Shown: piece by piece, positions 28,092 through 64,000 of the stretch
Numbering within the stretch: position 1 is the stretch's first letter
How the letters are laid out: the number at the start of each line of letters is the position of its first letter
NCBI GenBank assembly: GCA_965153355.1
Contig: OZ231126.1
Coordinates: 37,634,001 to 37,698,000 of the forward strand
Source of the DNA: Flaccisagitta enflata
Lineage: Eukaryota
Length of the DNA stretch: 64,000 bases
Direction: 5' to 3'
Made by a program: the position numbers and the translations under genes
Notes under the pieces: model-generated
The model's input: only the letters and a program-made list of their open reading frames with translations
Databases searched by the model: none
Told to the model about the DNA's origin: nothing

Positions 28092-29430
28092 GTAAAATAA
28101 AAGTGTAAGCAACAATAAATTCTGCATTACATTCTGCATTATGTTCACACAAAGTTCTTTTAGCTAGTTTCTTATATGATTCTTAGCTATGTAAAATTAT
28201 TCTATGTTTAACGCAAATGTCTTTAAAAAACTTATTTAACAGCACAGAAAAAAAAAAAAAAAAAACTTGCAGTCTCTCATTTTTTATTAGAAATTATGGA
28301 CATTCAAGCAAAAGATCTTTTTTTTTTTCAAAAAAACATGCAATTGTTCATTTACACTTTTTTAGAAGCTAAAAAATGAAGGGTTTTGTATTTGCGAACT
28401 TACAGCAACCGGCTGCAGCAAAAAGAAGTTGCTGCAATGTCTATTTTTGGGTTATTTTTGCTAGAAGTATCATAAAATCACCTCATTTTGTCTTCCTATT
28501 GAGAAAAAAATGATTGTTTTACAAAAAATCCCTAATCGCAAAATTTCATCAAAGTTGCTGCAATATGCGGCAATTTGCGGCAACATTTTTCATTTTTGAG
28601 CCTGGTACCCCCTCTGGATGGAAAGAGCATGTCAAAATGTACCAGAATCCCAAGTTTCATATAGTTTGCCAGATTTGAAGCCTCTACATGAAAAATGTCA
28701 TCAACCCAGTGTACCATTTTAAAACAACCATACCGCGCCAGATACACGGGTACCCCAGTCGCGTGCGGTCGCGGGTGGATAGGGGCCGTATTTGAATCTT
28801 TCGGCATCATTTTTCCACATTTGAGCGAAAGAATTGAGTCTTCATTTGTCATGACTTTTGCCTTGTTTCCTTGCCCTGGCCTGATCCACGCTGATGTCTG
28901 TCTGTCTGTCTGTTTGTCTTCTTTGTGTCGAAGATGGTCTAAAGAGACTACAATCAAGGGCGTGTTGATTTGGTTCCAGCTGTTGTCGTCGTCGTCTTTA
29001 ATATCACAACAGCTTTCAAAAAGAAGAAACGTTTGAATTGTTGTCAATGTCATTTTGTCGCAAGCACTTGACTCTAAGGTTTGTGCGACATATTTTGTTT
29101 CGAATTGTTACATATTCTTTGTATCTCTAGAATCACACAATTGTGTACTAATGTAGTACAGTTAACGTAAAGCAGATGAGAAGTACTGTTGACCTGTTGG
29201 GTCTATTTCTTTTACAGTCCTTACCCCGATTTTGTTGGTTTTGACGATGTTTTTGATGAGTTTCCGCCAGACGGTGAAAGTGTCGATCTCGATACAACCT
29301 CCAGGCACCACGTCGGACCCTGCCATGGTCATATGGTCCATCAGATCCCCTAGAAAACAAAAATTGATAATGGGATACCCAGCATAAGATTATGGTTGAA
29401 TTAGCTTTTGACTTGGTCTGAATTGACCAG

Positions 29431-29520
29431 AGGGCTTTTCACACGAGACCCTTAAGTGACCCTTAAGTGACCCTTGAGTGACCCTTAAGTGACCCTTAAG
29501 GGTCTCGTGTGAAAAGCCCT
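29431..29520. mobile_element. 90-bp palindromic mini-MITE, Harbinger-like
   Basis: AGGGCTTTTCACACGAGACCCTTAAG...CTTAAGGGTCTCGTGTGAAAAGCCCT with internal 11-bp ACCCTTAAGTG repeats and CAG/CTG flanks. Confidence 0.7.
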
Positions 29521-30074
29521 CTGATCTCGTTTTTTACACTCCCAAACACGGTAATAGAAAAAGATGATAGATACGGAGCGTAGCTTAGATAGGGTAGGAA
29601 ACTTAGAAGATAATTTTCCAAAGCAGAGCGAACATTTTTCGGTGGATCATCGGTCGCAACAATGAAGTCGGCACTTTGGAGTCCGCTCAACACGGAGCCT
29701 TGGTGTACCGTATTTTGTAGACGTAAGTTGGTTGGCGGTATCTCAGTTGCGGAGGAAAACTTTTTAATACGCCTAACAGTAGCTTCTCTTTGTGAGAACA
29801 TACTGGAATTCATAAGCCGCCGCTTTTCTTTTCTTCGTTTTTGTCTTCTAAACAATAAGTTATGCTCAATTGTAAGGAAACTACATGTTAAAAAATTGAA
29901 GACTTATAAAAAATCGAGGAAGGAAGTGGTTGTCTCGCTGTTCCTCCTATCATATACTTGTTTCCGCCCTTCTACTTAGGTGTTAGAAAAAAAATTCAAA
30001 AGATTAACTTTTTTTGAAATCGGTGAAATATGCAGGGTAATACCCTCTTTTAGGCTGTCCCAGCGCATTCATTC

Positions 30075-30234
30075 TTAGTCGCGGACTAGCGACTCTATAA
30101 GAGGCTTTGTCCGTCCGTCCGTCCGTCCGTCGGTTGGTCGGTCCGTGGTGATCGAGTCAAAAAGTGGGAAAACACGCATTTCCGCCCCTGCCCACCCGTC
30201 CGCGACTGGTATTGACCGTGTATCCGGCCTTGTT
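30075..30234 (+). mobile_element. HINE-like element
   Basis: TTAGTCGCGGACTAGCGACTCTATAAGAGG,(GTCC)n,...GTGTATCCGGCCTTGTT. Confidence 0.8.
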
Positions 30235-30261
30235 ACACATGATACGGCTCTCATTCAAAAG

Positions 30262-32678
<2,417 letters not shown>

Positions 32679-34043
32679 AAGATCAAAGATCACTTCTCAA
32701 TGCTGGAAAGAATCAAATCAACCAACGAAAACGAAAAATGATGACTGTATCGTTATCGAGAAACGGTGCACCAGTACCGGAAACTAAGTGCTCGAGCGGG
32801 GGTCTTATGATTGGGGAACCAAAGAGGGGATGATGAGATATGAAATGCGTGAATTTACTGCAATGTTTCATCAAACTATAATCGCTTTCTCCATAGTGTA
32901 GATCGCGAGTGAAACGAACATTGAGCAAGTAAATTTCCATTCCATTCATTCATTTATTCCATTTCCATTTCTCTGAAGGAAACGAGTAATCTACTAGACA
33001 AACGAATTTCCCTATTGCCAGTTGCCCACCCCCCCCCTCTCCTCGCTTCATCGTCTTCCTCATTTCATCAAAAACTAATTTCATCTCTGTGGTTCAGTAA
33101 ATACGAAATTGCCGATGCTCCAGCTGCGGTTTTCATCTCTCAGAGAGAAAGAAAAAAAAATTCGATCAATTAGGGAAGTGATTTTGGCACATATGAGACA
33201 GGTATTACATGAACATCGAACAGTCTGCATGACGTCAAGCGATGCTTCGTCGTGTTTTCCTGTCTGGATGTAGTTGAAACGACGCCAGTACCAGTCAGTT
33301 AACAAGCAGATTTTAGAAACTAAAGATTGAGACAACTATACTAGTCACGAATCCGTATAATAAGGAGTATAGTATTTTGAGGTGTGCCTCTGGTATGTCG
33401 TTTCTCAAAAGGGGCCCCAAATCTGGCCCAATATCTTGATGCTGGATCTGGGAATCGCTATCTGGCGTGGAAAAGGCTAACCAGATCTTGATTGCTCTAA
33501 ATATACTGATTCTTGGTCGAAGACAACACTACAAGTTCCAGGAACAAAAAGTCTGTCCAGATAGCATGCTCTTTGATGCTCTCTCTCTCTCTCTCTCTCT
33601 CCACCTCCACAAGTCTAGGAAATAGAATGGCATTAGGTGATTTGCGCCATAAAACTAGATCTGTTTGAAACATGTTTACTTGGTAGAAAATCTTAGCCGC
33701 TTATACATCTAGGTTCTATCATCAACTGACTATGTAGTTCAAGTCTCTGTCTTGCATTGTCATGGCTGACGGCCCTGAATTTTGCATTTTACGTATGAGG
33801 GTATTTTTACTCCATTTTCCTAGATCTCAGCAAATTGCACTCTTGAGTTCATTTAGTATTCTGAGGTTTATACCTTGTCCTTTATATGAAGCCCTGCCCT
33901 GAATCTAAACCAAGGGGATAAATTGGGTCTATCTACATTAATATTTGGTAAGAGACAAATGATTTTGGGCCTAAAATGATTCTATTTCCTGATATCATAT
34001 AAATGATGGGACTGTGTCTCTCTCTCTCTCTCTTTTTTTTTTT

Positions 34044-34101
<58 letters not shown>

Positions 34102-34365
34102 TCTCTGGATTGCATACAGCGATTCATATTGCAGGTAGTGGTAACTGGAGATTTAAACTTGCAAACAAGTTGATAGGCTCCAACATACAGCTATTTTTTA
34201 TTGACTGGGTTTCATTTTATTTTATTTTGAAGATTTATCAAAAAGCACTTGGGGAATGATTTTTTTTACTTTAGTTACATGTATATCAGCCCAATGCTAG
34301 ACAAAAATGTAGAGAAGCCCTCTTCCATTTGATTTTTCACTAAGATTTTCTTTTAAAGCACAATG

Positions 34366-34680
<315 letters not shown>

Positions 34681-35006
34681 AAAGAAAGAAAGAGAGTGAA
34701 AGAGTGAATAAGTGAATAATAGTAGAGTGAAAAGGAAAGAATGAGAATCAGGATCCTGAAGTTGACCAACACACGCTATATGGGATTGCTTTCTTGCTCC
34801 AGATTGTGGTGTTGTTAAGAGGGCCAGAGCTGGCTTCTTGCATTAAAGAGAGTATGGAGAATATCACCAGATGCTGCATCAAGATCTAGCCCTGGATCGC
34901 GGATGCGTTTTGAGAGATGACATATCACGTGTGCCTACACATAAGTTCGCTCGAAATAAGCCAACAAAGAACCAAAAGCACCCCTAAACCATGGCCCTGT
35001 AAAAGT

Positions 35007-35074
<68 letters not shown>

Positions 35075-35260
35075 ACCACACCCTGGAGGTAAGCACGCGC
35101 GCGTATGCATCGGCGTGCGACGGAAATCAGACAATTTGGCTTCGCGGAAATTCGTTGCTGCACTGAGAAACTTACTCTTCCACGTCTAAAGCGAATTTTG
35201 AAGATTTTTTTGAATTCATAACGTAAGAAGAATCACTGTATGTCTGTATCAGATGATTTA

Positions 35261-60625
<25,365 letters not shown>

Positions 60626-61194
60626 GTTTGCATTTATTAGAAATGTACCTTGCATCTTAATATATCTTAAAACGGACATAATTGTGCGAGATCCTACTGT
60701 GTGTTTATGTGTTTGCTTGTTTGTTTGTGTTCGTGCATGCTTGTGTTTAGATATATGTACGTGTGTGTGTTTAGATATATGTACGTGTGTGTGTTTAGAG
60801 ATATTTACGTGTGTGTGTTCGCGCCATAACGTGTGCATATGCAAATCTCGATTTCAGTCCTTCTATACTTGATGAAGGTCAATTGTTGTGTCTTTTAAAT
60901 AATTCTTCCTTTTACTTGTTTTGTCATGATTAAGTTTAGAGTGAGGTGTCATGAAAGTCCTGAAAGTGAAAAACATTGGAGACCGAGTTTGGACGAAACT
61001 TTCAGAAAATCAAAGGTTGAAACAGTTTTTTAAAACATTTTTGTATACCTCGCATTTTCATAATGAAAAGCTTCTACACCGATGCCGCCCATGTTGGGAG
61101 CTGTTGGAAATAAGAGGCGTCTGGCATGTTTTCTATCTTTTTCTCATTTCGGTTTTTTTTATCGTTTCCGCATTTCACTTTTTCTTTCTCACTT

Positions 61195-61519
61195 TTTAAG
61201 TGCGTCCTCGCACTTCTAATAGAGGTCATGTCCGTCGATCGGTTGGTTGGTCGGTTGGTTGGTTGGTCGGTCGGTCACGCAAACGTTTGAAATGCGCAAA
61301 ACGGCTGATTCTTACGTATTTCTTCATTCCTATCACCTTTCATGCTTCACCACATTCATTGTGATTCATTCCTTCCTTCATTCATTCATTCATTCATTCA
61401 TTCATTCATTCATTCATTCATTCATTCATTCATTCATTCATTCATTCATTCATAAAAAAGATCATTCACAAATTCTTAATCAAGCGAGGCGCACTTATTG
61501 GCCTTCACTTGGCCTTGTT
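61195..61519 (+). mobile_element. HINE-like element containing (ATTC)n
   Basis: TTTTAAGTGCGTCCTCGCACTT palindromic head, (GGTT)n, GGCCTTGTT tail. Confidence 0.6.
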
Positions 61520-61753
61520 CTTTCTGTAACCCTTTCTTTCGTTCATCCTTTCCACCTCACCTTATGTTCGTTCGTTCGTTCGTTCGTTCGTTCGTTCGTT
61601 CGTTCGTTCGTTCGTTCGTTCGTTCGTTCGTTCGTTCGTTCGTTCGTTCGTTCGTTCGTTCGTTCGTTCTTTCTTTCTTTCTATTTAATTTCTTACTAAT
61701 TTCTTACTTTTTTTCCTTTCAAAGAAACTTTTTTCTTTTATTCTTTCTCGTTT

Positions 61754-61825
<72 letters not shown>

Positions 61826-61924
61826 TTCTTCCTTCCTTCCTTCCTTCCTTTTTTCCTTCTTTCTTTCCCTCTTTCCTTCCTTCCTTCCTTCCTTCCTTTC
61901 TTTCTTTTCTTCCTTCTTTCTTCC

Positions 61925-62465
61925 TTTTTGGGCAGCGGCCCCAAAGGGCCGATGTCCTGTAGAACACAGGGGGGAATTTCCAGAGGTTCGTCCGTCCGTC
62001 CGTCCATCCGTCCGTCCTTCCGTCCCCCCCCCCGTTGGCCATCAAGACCTCAAATCTGCCTTCCCAGCCCTCAATCTAGCCTTTGAGTCCTCAAATCAGC
62101 CTTCTAATCAGCCCCCTCAGCCTCAAATCTGCCCTCCAGACCTCAAATCTGCCCTCCAGACCTGCAATTAGCCTCCAAAGCATCAAACCAGCCGTCCGTG
62201 GCTCAAATTTGCCCTCAAAACCTCAAATCTGCTCTCCAAGCCTTAATTCTGCCCTCCAGCCTTCAAATATGCCTTCAGTGGCCTAAATTAGTCATCTAAG
62301 GCCTGAAATATGCCCCCTCAGGACGTCTGGAAATTCCTCCCTGTGTTCTACAGGACATCGGCCCTTTGGGGCCGCTGCCCTGCTCTCACTCCACTTCATC
62401 ACTGAATCACTCCCAGCAGGGCATCGGGTACCGCTGACCATGTGCGATCCTTGGATGACTAGTTT
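61925..62465 (+). mobile_element. Family C HINE-like element
   Basis: TTTTTGGGCAGCGGCCCCAAAGGGCCGATGTCCTGTAGAACACAGGG and its inverted copy at about 62338-62380; (GTCC)n; conserved tail. Confidence 0.8.
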
Positions 62466-62879
62466 CCCTTCTTTTCTCTTTCTTTTCATCCTTCCTTCCA
62501 TCTCTCTTCATTTCTTTTTTCCTTTCTTTTCTCTTTCCTTTCATTGAACATTTAGTCCACAATTCCATTTCAAGCACTATTCTTTTTTTGCTGGTGACAT
62601 ATCTGCAAAAAGATGAATCGCTGAAGGCCACAGGCAGAGCGGTATGAAATCAAATTGTTATACGAATCTACTCATTTGATATTTCCATATTTGTAATTGT
62701 AATTAGCTCCCTTTATTCTTGAAATCCTCGTGTCACAGTTGAGTATGACGACGGATTGCGAGGCAAGCAAACTGAGGCTCCGATCCATTTTCTCCGTACC
62801 CTGGTAAGAAAAACAAAAAACAAAAACAAGAACAAGAACGAAAGAACAATTCCCCGTATGAAACGTTTGATTTCGGGTA

Positions 62880-63091
62880 TTTTTAGTCACGTGCCACGCG
62901 ACTCTACACCCCACTTTGTTGGTCCTTCGGTCCGTCCATCCGTCGGTCCGTCCATCCGTCGGTCCGTCCGTCACATTTTTCTTTTTTTGCGGTCTTTGGC
63001 CTCACTGCTCATGCCCAAATGATCAAGTGACCTCAAATACGGCCCCTGCCCACCCGCACGCGACTGGGGTAGCCGTATATGCGGCCTTGTT
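62880..63091 (+). mobile_element. Family A HINE-like element
   Basis: TTTTTAGTCACGTGCCACGCGACT...CACGCGACTGGGGTAGCCGTATATGCGGCCTTGTT. Confidence 0.8.
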
Positions 63092-64000
63092 CATCTACAG
63101 GAGCGATAAGCTGATAGTTACAATAAAAAAAAAACATAACAAAAACAAATAGCAAAAATATAAAACAAAAAACAACATGAATAGAAAACCAAAGAAAGAC
63201 AAGACTGGTCTTACAGGGTTTTTCACGCCAACACGCCGATTACAAAACAACATTTCTTTGCTGCTGGTGATGATAATCAAATTCTGAAAAAAGGTATGGA
63301 TAGCTAAGGAGCTCCGATTTTGTGAGGTGGCTTTGTATATGGTTAAATGCCAAGACGTTAACCGGTCAGAGGATTCGAATTTTCCGTTACCATTTCAAGA
63401 AAAAAAAATTTACTGCCCTGAAAAAAAAGCATTAGCTTTGAAGGTGCGCTGCTTTTCATCCTATAACGCCGTGGACTACCAATTGGTCCCATTTCAAAGA
63501 GTTGTCTTAACTCTTCAAAATGGGACCAATCAAGGGCCTGTAGCTCAATTCGTTTAGAAGCATTGCTCCTCCAAAATTAATGGTGTGTGTCAATAAAGGT
63601 GGGCCTCATGGCTCATGAGGTTATGGAGGATTGCCATTCAACAATCCACTTTATCCATCTGGCGAAGGCAAAGATGCCACAAAATTATATTTGAGTACCA
63701 ACCAAAGCTTTTGCCAGCCAATAGGCTGACTAGTGACAAACGAACTTGTGCAACAACGCAGGACCATCAGGAGCAAGTTTGCAGTGCAAGACCACATCTT
63801 TGATCAGTTCAATTTCAAACGACGAACGCAATTACGCAATTATGTGTTGTTTGTTTGTTTTTTTAGCTCAATTTTTCTACAAACAGTAATTCATACTAAT
63901 TTGGAATCATTAACTTAAGTCTCATAACCTATTTCCTGCCTGATACAGTTTGACATGGAGTAAGACTGAAAAATGCTTTCCTTGAAATTGTGATTTAATG

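Larger units (their letters stand above)
24313..28711. mobile_element. 4.4-kb CACTG...CAGTG non-autonomous element, 2-bp TA flanks
   Basis: TA|CACTGGGT...ACCCAGTG|TA; an inverted match of more than 100 bp follows (AGGCTTCAAATCTGGCAAACTATATGAAA...GGTACCAGGCTCAAAAATGAAAAAT). Confidence 0.8.

Noticed and set aside
29218-29387. Signal-peptide-like exon possibly starting the membrane-protein gene
   Set aside because: Two frames are equally open and no reliable junction to 30262 could be established.
60940-63292. Further candidate exons (about 60940-61014, 62613-62641, 62738-62802, 63217-63292)
   Set aside because: Splice-like sites exist, but I could not chain them in consistent phase, so they were left out of the model.

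Overview
Repeat-rich eukaryotic (probably invertebrate animal) genomic DNA with spliceosomal GT-AG introns; nothing prokaryotic and no CRISPR. All gene models were built by hand from splice sites and exon phase. They are: (1) the 3' part of a + strand gene for an 11/15-residue-repeat coiled-coil protein with a Cys-rich tail (117-3330); (2) a - strand ANKRD60-like ankyrin gene whose 5' exons I could not locate (4345-7683); (3) a small + strand gene whose main exon is open in all three frames (8940-9592); (4) a + strand membrane-protein gene (about 30262-32678); (5) a long + strand gene with one calponin-homology domain, one filamin Ig repeat and a disordered tail (35261 to beyond 60625), carrying a full-length CR1-clade LINE in an intron. 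The most striking structure is a 13-kb palindromic transposon (11282-24277) with a perfect 9-bp TSD. Its two arms each carry the same intron-containing transposase-like 3' fragment and a 367-bp satellite. It holds a stack of nested elements, including a 5.6-kb CACTG element, hAT and Tc1-type MITEs and DINE-1/HINE-like elements, and several empty insertion sites can be read directly from the opposite arm. Most short ORFs in the track are microsatellite or antisense artefacts.
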